A stretch of 64,000 nt of DNA from Treponema sp. GTDB lineage: Bacteria > Spirochaetota > Spirochaetia > Treponematales > Treponemataceae. The notes beneath the pieces are model-generated. The model was given only the letters and a program-made list of their open reading frames with translations, did not search any database and was not told the origin of the DNA. The position numbers were made by a program, and so were the translations under genes. How positions within the stretch are numbered: the stretch's first letter is position 1; every line of letters begins with the position of its first letter. Shown one piece after another: positions 19,510 through 30,854 of this stretch. The stretch lies in the NCBI RefSeq assembly GCF_016293645.1, contig NZ_JAEDDW010000002.1, one strand, 5' to 3'.

Positions 19510-21310
19510 ACGTTTTTTCATCTTTGCATTTTTTTTCTCTTTTTTCATATCTCATGTGCTTGCTGATGACTGGGTGCTTGCTGCCAGAAAATTTGATTTC
19601 ACTCAGAATAAAAAGCGGGATGTTTCTGAAGAAGAATTTTCATCGCTGATTCCGCAGATTCTCCTTGAACAGATTTCTGAAAGAATTGAAAGAAACACTT
19701 CAACCAAAGAGCTCATGGACAGAACTCTTGAGAATCTCCTGGTTGAACGGCAGTCTCTATTTCTTCAGCTGTCAAAAGAAAATAAAAAAAGGGACTCTCT
19801 TGTTCTTACTACATCAAGTGAAAAAAAACTGAAGAAAGCCATTGCTGAGCAGCAGAAAAAAATCAAGGAAGTGGAAGACAAGATAGACGAAAATCTTAGA
19901 AAGACCAGCCAGCTTCGGGATGAATATAGAAGAGAAAACGAAGGTGGTGGCAATAAGGTTGAATCTGACTATAATCTGCTGTTCAATCCATTTACCAATC
20001 TTTTTGTAAAGAAAACCGAAAGAATGCTGGAAGATCCAAAGTCCGAAAATATCGTTCTTTATAAAAATGATCCTTCTGCACTTTACACTGTCTCTGAGAC
20101 GGCATTGAAACAAGGTCCCCAAAGCAGGGTTTTTGAAAAGGAAATGATTTCTTCAAAAATCAATGGAATGATTGATGGAACCATAACTGTATACGGAAGT
20201 TATTTTTCCGTTACCTGCAGTCTTTACGTGTATCCGGGTAAAAATCTTGTTGGAACAGTTACCGAAGTCGGTTCTCTTAGGGATTGTGCTTCCGTAGTAA
20301 GAAATGTTGCTGCGTATCTTGGTCCGTTGATTACAAACCAGCTTCCTGTTGAACTGTTTTTTGAAATTCAGCCTGAGGAAATCAGAAAAGATGTAAAAAT
20401 TACCATTGATGGAATTTTCTTCGACGGAATACCTAAGAAGGTCGATATTGACCGTGGAAAGCATACTGTGAAGGTTGAGTGCCCGGGCTACCATTCAAGG
20501 ATGATCAGCTATTATTTCAAGGAGTCTTCTCAATTCATTGTTCGTGGTGACATGATCAAAAAAAGCGATTCAAAAGTTTCTGTCACCATCGTGGATCCTG
20601 TTCCAGGTTCTGTATATGCGGATGGTAAATTCATTTCTGAAATTTCTGAAAATACCCGAAGCGCAAATGGAACCTTAAATGTCTTTGGAACCCCGATAAT
20701 CGGTCAGTTCCGTGCTGTTGAGAAAGGAACTAAGATAGTCAGAGAAAAGGTTGTTGATGACAATGGAAAAGAAAGAATTGTAGAAAAAGAAAAACAAGGT
20801 GACAGTCTTTCTTTTTTCTATTATGTTCCGGAAAATCTTCAGGTTGAAGGTGCAAACCTGGCCGTCAAAGGCAAACCTATGGATCATGCATCTTATATTG
20901 ATAATAGAAGAATTTGGACATATCGCGCATATACACTTCTGGTCCTTTCCATGCCGTTTACACTTTTTACTGTTGGAAAATATAATGCTGCTGTCAATGC
21001 ATACAATGCATCTTCCCTTAATACTCTCGATGAGGTTGAACGGTGGGAAAAGTCAAAGAAGATTGCGACAAGCATAACAACAGTATGCGCCTGTCTGTTT
21101 GGTCTTGAGCTTATACGTTATCTATACGCGGCGAATTCAGTACTTCCGGAAATTGCGCATAAGGCATCGGCCCTTGAACTGGAAAAATCAGAAAAGAAGC
21201 TTCAGGAGATTTTCCCTGTTGTTGAGAAGGATGCTGCTGCTGCTGTAGATGAGGATGCTGCAGCTGCAGGTAAAGATATTGAAGAGAAGAGTGAAGAGTC
21301 GGCTAAATGA
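19496..21310 (+). CDS. Hypothetical exported/membrane protein with coiled coil and PEGA-like domains
   Basis: N-terminal signal-like segment; ITIDG...GKHTVKVECPGY PEGA-like pattern; two C-terminal TMs. Start uncertain (19496 or 19499). Confidence 0.7.
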   Translation: MMLNRRFFIFAFFFSFFISHVLADDWVLAARKFDFTQNKKRDVSEEEFSSLIPQILLEQISERIERNTSTKELMDRTLENLLVERQSLFLQLSKENKKRDSLVLTTSSEKKLKKAIAEQQKKIKEVEDKIDENLRKTSQLRDEYRRENEGGGNKVESDYNLLFNPFTNLFVKKTERMLEDPKSENIVLYKNDPSALYTVSETALKQGPQSRVFEKEMISSKINGMIDGTITVYGSYFSVTCSLYVYPGKNLVGTVTEVGSLRDCASVVRNVAAYLGPLITNQLPVELFFEIQPEEIRKDVKITIDGIFFDGIPKKVDIDRGKHTVKVECPGYHSRMISYYFKESSQFIVRGDMIKKSDSKVSVTIVDPVPGSVYADGKFISEISENTRSANGTLNVFGTPIIGQFRAVEKGTKIVREKVVDDNGKERIVEKEKQGDSLSFFYYVPENLQVEGANLAVKGKPMDHASYIDNRRIWTYRAYTLLVLSMPFTLFTVGKYNAAVNAYNASSLNTLDEVERWEKSKKIATSITTVCACLFGLELIRYLYAANSVLPEIAHKASALELEKSEKKLQEIFPVVEKDAAAAVDEDAAAAGKDIEEKSEESAK

Positions 21311-21348
21311 CGTCATTTCATCGATAATTTTGTGAATGGAGACTTAAT

Positions 21349-22221
21349 ATGGGCAAACTTTCTTTTGCGGAAAAATTCAAAAATCTCTTTGCAGGAAAAA
21401 ACAAGGAAACGCAGGTTCTTTTTGAAGATCTTACAGATGCCCTCATTGAAGGTGATATTGGCGCAAAAAATGCCGTGACTCTTGTTGATCAGCTTGAAAA
21501 TATATGCAGGGAATCAAAAATTGATTCTCAGAATGAAATTTCCGCTGAATTGAAGAGACTCCTTCTTGACCAGGTGAAGGCCGTTGAATTTACTCCTGAG
21601 AAATCAAAGGTCAATGTTTGGATGATACTTGGTGTCAACGGTGTCGGGAAGACTACTTCGGTTGCAAAAATGGCAAAACTTTATGCTGACAGGGGCGAAA
21701 ACGTCATCATGGCAGCTTCTGATACGTTCCGTGCTGCTGCTGTTGATCAGATTTCCATGCATGGAGAAAGACTTGGAATCAGAGTTGTAAAACACCAGAT
21801 GGGTAGTGATCCTTCTTCTGTTGTCTTTGATGCTGCTGAAGCATGTCGTGCTGGCGGTGGAGGACTTGTTCTTGCAGATACCGCTGGACGTCTTCACAAT
21901 AAAGAAAATCTTGTGAACGAACTTAAGAAGATTGACAGGATCTGTCGTTCAAAGGCAGATGAAGGATGTTATAAGAAAATTCTTGTCATTGATGCAACTA
22001 CCGGGCAAAACGCAGTCCGCCAGGCGGAAGTGTTTCATGAAGCTGTTGGGGTTGATGCCCTTATTCTTACGAAATATGATTCGACAGCAAAAGGTGGCGG
22101 ACTGGTGACGATTTGCAGAGATCTTGGAATTCCAGCCCTTTTCGTATGTACTGGCGAGAAATATGAAAATATAGCTGAGTTCAATTCAGAAAAATATGTA
22201 GATGAATTCATCGGATTGTAA
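21349..22221 (+). CDS. ftsY: Signal recognition particle receptor FtsY
   Basis: GVNGVGKTT, DTFRAAA, DTAGR, TKYD.TAKGG. Confidence 0.96.
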   Translation: MGKLSFAEKFKNLFAGKNKETQVLFEDLTDALIEGDIGAKNAVTLVDQLENICRESKIDSQNEISAELKRLLLDQVKAVEFTPEKSKVNVWMILGVNGVGKTTSVAKMAKLYADRGENVIMAASDTFRAAAVDQISMHGERLGIRVVKHQMGSDPSSVVFDAAEACRAGGGGLVLADTAGRLHNKENLVNELKKIDRICRSKADEGCYKKILVIDATTGQNAVRQAEVFHEAVGVDALILTKYDSTAKGGGLVTICRDLGIPALFVCTGEKYENIAEFNSEKYVDEFIGL

Positions 22222-23185
22222 GCAAATGGATATTGTTACAGCTTCATTAAGCCTTTATCTTTTATTTCCAATTATCTCAGAAAGACAGCAGCATTATGCA
22301 GATCTTATAAAAAGGAATGTTACATCTGATCCTGAAGTCATTGAAAAAAGAATTGAACTTCTTAAATTTCTTGGCTTTGAAGGAAACGATTATAATTTTG
22401 ATGATCTTCAATTTACTCCTGATGATGAAAGTGATGAAACTGTAAATGAATCTGTAGCTGAAAAATATTTTACTGATACAAAGAACAAACTTAAGCTTTA
22501 CGAATATGAGGATGAGAAATTCTATGTCGGTGAGATGGAAGGTGAACGTTCCAGTGTGATTTCTAAGAATGCTGAGATTGTATCCAGGGTAAAATATGAC
22601 AGTTCATTCAGAATGATTGAAGAAATAGACTGGAAGGTTGCTTCCAATGTTGCTGATTCCCTGATGCTTTCCAGAAAAAACTGGTATTATACAGAAAACA
22701 ATATCTTCATGACGGAAGAGAATTTTAAGGAAAATACTTTTTCTGATATTGTGTATGACAGTGAAAAAGTTCCGGTAAAAATTTCTTTGTATTCAGTTGA
22801 AAAACAAAATAGTGATGTTGAAAAGAACGATTCTGAAGAGAAATCAGAAAAGAGAAATCTTTCAAAAATTTCCTATTATGAATATGATGGTGAAAAGCGT
22901 GTCGTTTCAGACAAAGAAGAATTTTACGAACAGAAAAAAAACGATACGACTGGAAGAATCAAGGACGTAATTGTCTATACCCATGAAAAAAAATATTTTT
23001 ATACTGAAAATTCCAAAACTCCGGATGTGAAATATTATGAAGACGGAAAACTCAGGCTTGAAACACAGATGCTTGATGACGATTCTTATTATGAATCTGT
23101 GTTCTTTTCCGGTGGAAATGCAGTCAGATCAAAAATTGTTGATGGCATGAAAGTGGAAGAAAAATTCTTCCTTTATAAGGAATAG
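22202..23185 (+). CDS. Hypothetical protein (acidic, Tyr-rich beta repeats)
   Basis: 327-aa ORF inside the operon, overlapping ftsY; YEYDGEKR and YYEDGKL motifs. Confidence 0.65.
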   Translation: MNSSDCKQMDIVTASLSLYLLFPIISERQQHYADLIKRNVTSDPEVIEKRIELLKFLGFEGNDYNFDDLQFTPDDESDETVNESVAEKYFTDTKNKLKLYEYEDEKFYVGEMEGERSSVISKNAEIVSRVKYDSSFRMIEEIDWKVASNVADSLMLSRKNWYYTENNIFMTEENFKENTFSDIVYDSEKVPVKISLYSVEKQNSDVEKNDSEEKSEKRNLSKISYYEYDGEKRVVSDKEEFYEQKKNDTTGRIKDVIVYTHEKKYFYTENSKTPDVKYYEDGKLRLETQMLDDDSYYESVFFSGGNAVRSKIVDGMKVEEKFFLYKE

Positions 23186-23187
23186 CC

Positions 23188-24411
23188 ATGTCTGATTTTA
23201 ACTGGGTTTTTTTTGTTTCCAAAAGGCTGGCTAAAGTTGACAGAAAAGGTAGAACTGCTGTTACTTCATGGATTGCTTCTGTCGGTGTATGTATAGGAGT
23301 AATGGCCCTTATTGTTGTTATGGCTGTCATGAATGGATTTCAGATGAGTTTCAAGGATTCCATAATGGAAATTTCTTCATACCATGTCAGGGTTTCAAAT
23401 GTATCCTCTGACAGGGAAAATGAATTCCTTGGTTTCTGCAGCCGGAACAATGCACTGTGCACGGTGGAATTCCATGAAGCCCAGGGGCTTATGGTCAGCA
23501 GAAAAGGACTTCAGACTGCTTCGATCATAAGGGCTGTCCCGGAAAACATAAACCAGATTGACAAAGGATTTGCCAGAGAACTGAAAATCATTTCCGGAAA
23601 ATTTGATCTGTCAAAGCCTGATTACATCATAGTTGGAAATACAATTGCCTATAACCTTGGATTGAGAAGGGGAAGCAAAGTTAACATAGCGGCCTTAAGC
23701 GGTTCAAGTGACAGAGAGCTTCTGTCTGAAAACAGGGAATTTACTGTGACTGGAATTTTCTTTTGTGGATATGCGGATATCAATGCCGGCTACTCGTTTG
23801 TGAGCAGTGATGCCGCCAGAAAATACTTCAGTATGAGCAGAGGAAAATCATATGGCATAAAACTTAAATCAGAAAACCGCTCTTATGATTTTGCAAAATC
23901 CATTGCAGAAAACTTTCCTGATGTAGAGGCTGTAACGTGGCAGAATTACAACAGAAGTTTTTTTGGAGTCCTTCGTATGGAAAAGATATTTCTGTTCATT
24001 GTTGTAATGCTCATTTTCCTTGTTGTTGCGATAAATATTTTCAATTCCATGAGAAGGCTTGTGTATGAAAGAAAGGATGATATTGCAGTGCTTTCTGCCC
24101 TGGGGGGTAATCCTCGAAGCATAAGTAATGTATTTCTTCTGCAGGGATTGAAAACAGGCGTGCTTGGAGCCGTTCCTGGACTTCTTCTTGGTCTTGCCGT
24201 CAGTCAGAATATATCTGCGCTCTTTAGGTTTGCCTCTGATGTCACCGGAAATTCCATGTTCCTTGCCTATGCAAGAATTCCTGCTAGAAATTTTCCATCC
24301 GAGGTTGCCATGATTTTTCTTTTTGGACTTCTGTCGGCCTTTTTAGCTTCCTTACTGGCCGGAAGAAATGTGCTTAAGATGACAGTTGCGGAGGTGCTGA
24401 GGGATGAATGA
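23188..24411 (+). CDS. LolC/E-family ABC permease
   Basis: IGVMALIVVMAVMNGFQ TM1; ER..DIAVL.ALG; four-TM FtsX-like layout. Confidence 0.88.
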   Translation: MSDFNWVFFVSKRLAKVDRKGRTAVTSWIASVGVCIGVMALIVVMAVMNGFQMSFKDSIMEISSYHVRVSNVSSDRENEFLGFCSRNNALCTVEFHEAQGLMVSRKGLQTASIIRAVPENINQIDKGFARELKIISGKFDLSKPDYIIVGNTIAYNLGLRRGSKVNIAALSGSSDRELLSENREFTVTGIFFCGYADINAGYSFVSSDAARKYFSMSRGKSYGIKLKSENRSYDFAKSIAENFPDVEAVTWQNYNRSFFGVLRMEKIFLFIVVMLIFLVVAINIFNSMRRLVYERKDDIAVLSALGGNPRSISNVFLLQGLKTGVLGAVPGLLLGLAVSQNISALFRFASDVTGNSMFLAYARIPARNFPSEVAMIFLFGLLSAFLASLLAGRNVLKMTVAEVLRDE

Positions 24412-25087
24412 TAAAGTCGTACTTGAACTGAAAGATGTCTGCAAAAATTATTTTTCAGGCGGAACGGAACTTAAAATACTCTCAAACCTTAATCTTTCTC
24501 TTTGTGCCGGTCAGCGATGTGTAATCGTAGGTAAAAGCGGATGCGGAAAATCTACCTTGCTGAATATGATCGGTGGCCTTGATACCGTGACTTCAGGATC
24601 AGTCATTATCAACAACACTGACATGAAAGATATGAATACAAAGCAGATGAATGACTTCAGAAAAAAAAGTCTTGGATTGATTTTCCAGTTCCATTATCTG
24701 CTTAAAGATTTCACTGCTGCCGAAAATATTTTTCTCCCGGCCTATATGGCAGGCATGAAAAGGAAAGATGCCATGGAAAAAGCAAATGCACTTATCGATG
24801 AAGTCGGACTTTTTGAAAGAAAAGACCATCTTCCTTCTCAGCTTTCTGGTGGCGAAAGACAGAGAGTTGCCGTTGCAAGAAGTCTTGTGAATGATCCTGA
24901 ATTGATTCTCGCAGATGAACCTACGGGTAATCTTGATCCTGAAAATGCACTCATCATCGGGGACATGCTTTTTTCTTTGTCAGAAAAATTCAATAAAACT
25001 CTTGTCCTCGTTACCCATGACATGAATCTTGCTTCAAAAGGTGATGTCAGATATTCCCTTGAAAATGGAGCTCTCGTTGAGAAATGA
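24404..25087 (+). CDS. lolD: LolD-like ABC ATP-binding protein
   Basis: GKSGCGKST, FQFHYLL, LSGGERQRVA, ADEPTGNLD, VTHD. Confidence 0.88.
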   Translation: MNDKVVLELKDVCKNYFSGGTELKILSNLNLSLCAGQRCVIVGKSGCGKSTLLNMIGGLDTVTSGSVIINNTDMKDMNTKQMNDFRKKSLGLIFQFHYLLKDFTAAENIFLPAYMAGMKRKDAMEKANALIDEVGLFERKDHLPSQLSGGERQRVAVARSLVNDPELILADEPTGNLDPENALIIGDMLFSLSEKFNKTLVLVTHDMNLASKGDVRYSLENGALVEK

Positions 25088-26427
25088 ACATAGCCTGCAG
25101 TTTTTTATATGCCAGAAAAGTTTTTTTCTCACACGGTGCATCAGGGGGCGGTGCTTCCATTGGACACAGATCTTTGCTTGGGGCTGTAATCTGCATAGCT
25201 GTCAGTCTTGTTCCTCTTGTTGCGCTGACTTCTGTCAGTTCTGGTATGATTTCCGGCATGACTGGCCGCATGATTCATCTTTCCACTCATGACATTCAGG
25301 TTGCCGTTCCGTCTGATTGTGAATCTCTTTCTTCTTCTGGATCCTTTATTGAACTTTCGAAGAAGTTTTCCGGTGTTGATGGCGTGATCAATGTCCATCC
25401 TGAAGTGCAGGGAATGGCTCTTGCGACGGGAAAATCCTATAGGACCGGAGCCACCTTCCGTGGTGTTAGAAAAGATGTCTTTGATGTGGATCCATATTTC
25501 GCAGCTTTGTTTTCCATTGTAGAAGGGTCTCCCGATTTATCAAAGAAACGCAGTGCGGTCATTGGACAGAAACTTTCAGAAATTCTTGATGTTCATCCTG
25601 GTGATGCCTTAAGGCTCATTACAATGAATTCAGACGGAACAAAATTTGTTCCAAAAGTTTCATCGTTCACCGTAACCGGTGTTGTCTCCTGCGGCTATCA
25701 GGAACTGGATGCCTTGTGGGTTTTTATTCCGCTGGAAGATGCCTTTGGTGCGGTTGCCGCTTCTTCTTCAAGATTTGTCATTGGCCTTGAGACGGAAGAT
25801 TCATTCAGTAAAAAGCTTTTTGAGATATGTTCTGCGGTGAGAATTAAACTTCTTTCCGATCCCTTGCTTGCCGCTAGCGAAGTAGAAACCTGGCAGCAGG
25901 CCAATGCTTCCCAGTTTGAAAATTTCGCATCGACGAAAGCCCTTCTCATTGTCATCATGTTTGCCATAATTCTGGTCGCATGCATAAATATAAGTTCTTC
26001 AATCGTAATGATCGTCATGGAAAGACGAAAAGAGATTGCCATACTCAAAAGCAGTGGAGCTTCTTCCGGTGAAATTACGATGGCCTTTGTGTTCGTAGGT
26101 CTTCTTGCAGGAGGCTTTGGAATTCTTGCAGGAGTTCCATCTGGAATCATTGTCTCTGTATTCATAAATTCTATAATCGCAGGTCTGGAAAAAATCATGA
26201 ACGCATCTGTCGGTTTTGTATATATGATTTTCAATGGTGGAGAAAATTTTTCAGGATTAAAGATCCTTGATCCAGCTTTCTATCTGCAGGAAATTCCAGT
26301 TAACATACCTTCAGCTGAAATTTTTCTCATAGTGGTTCTCACTATACTTTTGTCTCTTGTAATGTCCATCGTCCCGTCCATAAAAGCCGGAAGATCCAAA
26401 ATAATCGAAGTCCTGAAAAAAAGCTGA
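25084..26427 (+). CDS. LolC/E-family ABC permease
   Basis: MERRKEIAILKSSG; YLQEIPV; FtsX-like TMs. Confidence 0.85.
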   Translation: MNIACSFLYARKVFFSHGASGGGASIGHRSLLGAVICIAVSLVPLVALTSVSSGMISGMTGRMIHLSTHDIQVAVPSDCESLSSSGSFIELSKKFSGVDGVINVHPEVQGMALATGKSYRTGATFRGVRKDVFDVDPYFAALFSIVEGSPDLSKKRSAVIGQKLSEILDVHPGDALRLITMNSDGTKFVPKVSSFTVTGVVSCGYQELDALWVFIPLEDAFGAVAASSSRFVIGLETEDSFSKKLFEICSAVRIKLLSDPLLAASEVETWQQANASQFENFASTKALLIVIMFAIILVACINISSSIVMIVMERRKEIAILKSSGASSGEITMAFVFVGLLAGGFGILAGVPSGIIVSVFINSIIAGLEKIMNASVGFVYMIFNGGENFSGLKILDPAFYLQEIPVNIPSAEIFLIVVLTILLSLVMSIVPSIKAGRSKIIEVLKKS

Positions 26428-26498
26428 ACTGAAACTTCGCGGATTTTGAATTTTTCCCCATTATGTTGTATATTTAAGATGACTATTAGAGGGGAAAA

Positions 26499-27035
26499 AT
26501 GATCTGCGACTTTTGTCATGAACGTGAAGCCGTAATTTTTATGGAACAGATGACCGGTATTGGTCAGCGGCGGAAAATAAACATTTGTCTTGAATGCGCA
26601 ATGGAAAGAGGAATCTCTCCTGATCCTAAGAATATAGAATCTTCAATTGGAAATCTTTTCAAGGAACTTGCAGACGTATCAAAAAAAATCTCTGAAAAGG
26701 AAAACAGGATTTGTCCTGTCTGCGGGACTTCTCTTGGTGAAATAAGAAAAACTGGAAAAGCCGGATGTCCCGAATGTTATGCTATTTTTAAAAATGACAT
26801 CAGACAGATGCTTGAGAACAACGGTGTCAAAGATGTCTTCAAGGGAACAATGCCTGCAAGGCTTTCAACAATTCATTCCGTTTTGAATGACCGCGTTATT
26901 CTGCAGAACAAACTCAACGATGCCTTGAGCCGAGAAGATTATGAAAAGGCTGCCATGTACAGGGACTACCTGAAAGCTCTTGAAAAGCAATCTGTTTCTG
27001 ACGGATCTGAAAATGGTCAGGAGGAATCGGATTAA
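26499..27035 (+). CDS. mcsA: McsA-like protein (CXXC motifs plus UVR domain)
   Basis: CDFC, CLEC, CPVC and GCPECY; EDYEKAAMYRD UVR motif. Confidence 0.9.
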   Translation: MICDFCHEREAVIFMEQMTGIGQRRKINICLECAMERGISPDPKNIESSIGNLFKELADVSKKISEKENRICPVCGTSLGEIRKTGKAGCPECYAIFKNDIRQMLENNGVKDVFKGTMPARLSTIHSVLNDRVILQNKLNDALSREDYEKAAMYRDYLKALEKQSVSDGSENGQEESD

Positions 27036-28147
27036 TGGCACGAAAAAAAACTTCACCTGGTAATGATGCCTGGTACGCCATGGGTGGGCAGATGCAGGAT
27101 GTGGTTGTTTCTTCAAAAGTTGAGCTCCACAGGAATCTTGCGAATTTCCCTTTTTCTCCAAAACTTCATGACTCTGAAAGCGAAAGAATTCAGTCCATCG
27201 TTTTTGATGCTTTCAACTTGATGAGTGATGCTGATTCCTATCAGATAGTTCCTGTAGACAAGCTGGATGATGTTGGAAAGAAGATCATGCAGGAAAGAGG
27301 AATCCTCGATGAATATGAGGGACGCAATGCCGGCATAATCCTTAGGAACGATGGAATCATTTCATGCACTGTCAACACTGACGACCATGTGGTTGTTTCT
27401 TCTTTTCTTTCCGGTCTTGGAATCGATGAACTCACAAGAAATGTCTATCTCATTGACTGTGAACTTCAGAAGCACGTGCAGTTTGCCGCAAGCTATGACT
27501 TTGGATATCTTACACGATTTCTGCTGAACTCAGGAAGCGGACTTGGCCTTTCCGTGAATCTTCATCTGCCTGCATGTTCACTCATGCAGAATGTAGGTGA
27601 AATTGCGGAGAAAGTTTCCAGGGAAGGTTTTGTCCTAAGTGAGCGCTATGGTTCAGGCGGAAATGAAAATCTAAGTGGATACGGAAGCTACGGGTCGGCG
27701 CTTGGAGCCTACTATAAGCTTACGACAAAAAGCAGTGCCAGCGGTACGGAGGTTGAACAGATGGCTTCCATGCAGATCGCAGTTCAGAATCTGATCAAGG
27801 AAGAACGTTCCGCAAGAAAAAAATGCCGCAGTGACCATGTTACTGAAATTGCAAATTATTCATACAGAGCATTGGCTCTTGCTAAGGCAAGTTTCTTCAT
27901 AAATCTCAGGGAAGCTGTCGATATTATAAGTGGAATTAAATTCGGTGTGGACATGGGCATAATTGAAGGTATCGATGATACTGAACTCCATGCTCTTTTA
28001 TACCGGATTCAGGAAGGACATCTTGAATATGTTTTGAATTCCGGAAAATTCAAATTCGAAAAAGACATTCAGGATAACAGAAAAAAACAGATAGAACGCT
28101 TAAGGGCTTTGATTCTGCAGGAATCTTTTGAAAAGATTGACAGGTAA
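27035..28147 (+). CDS. mcsB: McsB-like ATP:guanido phosphotransferase family protein with degenerate active site
   Basis: DVVVSS...RNLANFPF and FA....GYLT scaffold; position between mcsA and clpC; catalytic motifs altered (see findings). Confidence 0.8.
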   Translation: MARKKTSPGNDAWYAMGGQMQDVVVSSKVELHRNLANFPFSPKLHDSESERIQSIVFDAFNLMSDADSYQIVPVDKLDDVGKKIMQERGILDEYEGRNAGIILRNDGIISCTVNTDDHVVVSSFLSGLGIDELTRNVYLIDCELQKHVQFAASYDFGYLTRFLLNSGSGLGLSVNLHLPACSLMQNVGEIAEKVSREGFVLSERYGSGGNENLSGYGSYGSALGAYYKLTTKSSASGTEVEQMASMQIAVQNLIKEERSARKKCRSDHVTEIANYSYRALALAKASFFINLREAVDIISGIKFGVDMGIIEGIDDTELHALLYRIQEGHLEYVLNSGKFKFEKDIQDNRKKQIERLRALILQESFEKIDR

Positions 28148-28160
28148 CAGGGGATAAAAC

Positions 28161-30716
28161 ATGTACGAGAATTTTTCGCCAAGAGCACGAAGACTGCTTG
28201 TGGCTTTGGCTCAGGATGAAGCTTATTACTCAGGCAGCAAGGTCATAGAGCCGGAACATATAATGCTTGCCTTGCTTAAATCCGCAGATGGGCTGGGGTA
28301 CATTGTCCTTCAGCATCTCAGGATAAATGTCCTTACACTTCAGCTTGCCATCGAGCAGAGCTTCAAAAGCCGCCGTCAGGATGAAGAACTCAAGTCAATT
28401 CCAAATTCAGAGAGGACTGAAAAATTCCTCAAACAGTGTGCTTTTGTAGCAAAGACAATAGGTACTGATTACATCGGAACTGAACATATGGTTCTGGCAG
28501 CCGTTACTGAGGAGCATTCCCTTTTGTGGTCCTATTTCAGAAAAGCCGGAATCTCCATCGATCAGGTCAAGAAATCAGTCGTTGAGATAGAAAGAAAAAT
28601 CCCTTCGTCGGCAGCGTCTGAAGACAACCAGTCGGATGGTGGAAATTTCATAAATGAAAAGGCTGTTCCGTTTATGGCTGATGGAAGTGCACAGCAGAAG
28701 AAAAAGAAGAATGAAAGTCTCCTCGACCAGTTTTCCCGAGATCTTACTGTTGCTGCGGCTGAAGGACTCCTTGATCCTGTCGTTGGTCGTGACAAGGAAG
28801 TTCTGCGTACAGTCCAGATCTTAAGTCGCCGTTCAAAAAACAATCCAGTCCTCATAGGAGAACCTGGTGTTGGTAAGACTGCCATTGTCGAAGGTCTTGC
28901 ACAGAGAATCGACAAGGGAAATGTTCCAGTCGATCTCTTGAACAAGCGTGTGCTCCAGCTTGATCTTGCCGCCATGATTGCCGGAACAAAATACCGTGGA
29001 GAATTCGAGGAACGCCTTAAGCGCGTAATGAAGGAAATAAAGGAAGCAAAGAATATAATTCTTTTTATTGATGAACTTCATACCATCATTGGTGCCGGTG
29101 GGCCTGAAGGAAGCATGGATGCCGGAAACATGATCAAGCCTGCCTTGAGCCGTGCTGAGCTTCAGATCATCGGTGCGACTACGACAAAAGAATATAGAAA
29201 GTATTTTGAAAAAGACAGTGCTCTTGTCAGAAGATTCCAGACTGTCCGTGTCGAAGAACCTTCAGAAGACGAGACAGAAAAAATTCTACTTGGCCTCAAG
29301 GGAAAATATGAAGAGTACCATCATGTGAAATATGATGATGATGTAATTCCGTTGATCGTAAAGTATTCCAAAAGATACATCAACGAAAGATTCCTTCCGG
29401 ATAAAGCTCTTGATATTCTTGATGAGGCAGGGGCTGCAAAGAAAATTCTTGAGGATACACGTCCTGAAGAACTTGAGAAACTTGAGCTTGAATATTCAAG
29501 ATTGAACGAGGAAAAACGCGATCTGGTTGCTTCCCAGGAATATGAAAAGGCAGCCTGGGTCAGGGATAAGGTCAACAGTCTCAGGTGCCAGATCGATGAA
29601 TTGAACAGAAAATGGAAGTCTGAGGATGGAAGCAAAAACCGCATTGTGAATGCAGAAGATATCTGCAGGATCATTTCTTCCATGACTGGAATTGATGTTT
29701 CAAAACTGGATGACGGAAAATCGTCAAGACTGCTCAATATGGAAAAGGAGATCCATCGGGAGGTCATCGGTCAGAACGAAGCCGTAAACCTTATAAGCAG
29801 TGCCGTTCGCCGCAACAGGGCAGGTGTTTCTTCCGGCCGTAGACCTATGGGATCCTTCATTTTCCTTGGCCCTACAGGTGTTGGAAAAACTCAGCTTGCA
29901 AAAAGTCTTGCAAAATTCCTTTTTGGAACTGAAGATGCCCTTATCCGTGTGGATATGAGCGACTACATGGAAAAGCAGAATGCCTCACGTCTTGTCGGTG
30001 CACCACCGGGATATGTAGGATATGAAGAAGGCGGAATGCTTACTGAACAGGTAAGACAGCATCCGTATTCCGTAGTGCTTCTTGATGAGATTGAGAAGGC
30101 ACACCATGACATTTTCAATCTTCTCCTTCAGATGCTTGAGGAAGGTGAACTCAAGGACAACCTTGGGCATACGGTTTCTTTCCGCAACTGTCTTGTCATC
30201 ATGACAAGCAATGCCGGAGCAAGAGAAATCACTGCTGACAGCCGCATGGGATTCTCTACTGTCAAGGAAGGTGTCCTTCCTTATGAAGACATCAAGGCAA
30301 GTGCCATGGAAGAACTCAAACGCATCATGTCGCCGGAGCTTTTGAACCGTGTAGATGATGTCGTTGTGTTCAATGCTCTTTCGAAAGAAGAAGTGGACAA
30401 CATTCTTGACATTCAGCTTGCTGATCTTCAGAAAAGACTTGATGAAAAAAGCATCTGTCTTGAAGTAAAATCCAAGGCAAGGGATTATCTTGTTGAAAAC
30501 GGATATGATCCAGCCATGGGTGCCCGTCCTATGCGCCGTTTGATCCAGAGGGAAATTGAAGACCCTCTTTCAATTCTTCTTCTTGAGAATTCGGAATTTG
30601 CGGATGAGAAAAAGAGCAGGACCGTTGTTCTTGATCATACAGGAGATAAACTCTCTCTTAAGATCAAGAAGTCAAAGTCAAAAATCGTAAAACAGCAGGA
30701 AGAACTTCTTGTGTGA
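28161..30716 (+). CDS. clpC: ATP-dependent Clp protease ATPase ClpC
   Basis: Clp N-domain; GEPGVGKT and GPTGVGKT Walker A motifs; UVR M-domain; MGF ClpP-docking loop. Confidence 0.95.
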   Translation: MYENFSPRARRLLVALAQDEAYYSGSKVIEPEHIMLALLKSADGLGYIVLQHLRINVLTLQLAIEQSFKSRRQDEELKSIPNSERTEKFLKQCAFVAKTIGTDYIGTEHMVLAAVTEEHSLLWSYFRKAGISIDQVKKSVVEIERKIPSSAASEDNQSDGGNFINEKAVPFMADGSAQQKKKKNESLLDQFSRDLTVAAAEGLLDPVVGRDKEVLRTVQILSRRSKNNPVLIGEPGVGKTAIVEGLAQRIDKGNVPVDLLNKRVLQLDLAAMIAGTKYRGEFEERLKRVMKEIKEAKNIILFIDELHTIIGAGGPEGSMDAGNMIKPALSRAELQIIGATTTKEYRKYFEKDSALVRRFQTVRVEEPSEDETEKILLGLKGKYEEYHHVKYDDDVIPLIVKYSKRYINERFLPDKALDILDEAGAAKKILEDTRPEELEKLELEYSRLNEEKRDLVASQEYEKAAWVRDKVNSLRCQIDELNRKWKSEDGSKNRIVNAEDICRIISSMTGIDVSKLDDGKSSRLLNMEKEIHREVIGQNEAVNLISSAVRRNRAGVSSGRRPMGSFIFLGPTGVGKTQLAKSLAKFLFGTEDALIRVDMSDYMEKQNASRLVGAPPGYVGYEEGGMLTEQVRQHPYSVVLLDEIEKAHHDIFNLLLQMLEEGELKDNLGHTVSFRNCLVIMTSNAGAREITADSRMGFSTVKEGVLPYEDIKASAMEELKRIMSPELLNRVDDVVVFNALSKEEVDNILDIQLADLQKRLDEKSICLEVKSKARDYLVENGYDPAMGARPMRRLIQREIEDPLSILLLENSEFADEKKSRTVVLDHTGDKLSLKIKKSKSKIVKQQEELLV

Positions 30717-30732
30717 TTTTTCAAGAATTATG

Positions 30733-30770
30733 GAAAGCCTTTGGAGACGCATGTATTCAGAGGCTTTCTT
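30733..30770 (+). terminator. Hairpin after clpC (probable terminator)
   Basis: GAAAGCCT...AGGCTTTC stem; short T run. Confidence 0.45.
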
Positions 30771-30854
30771 GACATTGATTTCATGAAATGATATATTTTC
30801 GTCACATTGTGATTAACCTTAGAACTGAGCCCTTCCAAAAGGCTCTTTTTTTTT
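30769..30854 (+). promoter_or_regulatory. rimP-nusA-infB promoter and leader terminator-like hairpin
   Basis: TTGACA 30769-74, 17 bp, TG-n-TATATT 30792-97; GAGCC/GGCTC hairpin plus T9 at 30827-30854. Confidence 0.7.
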
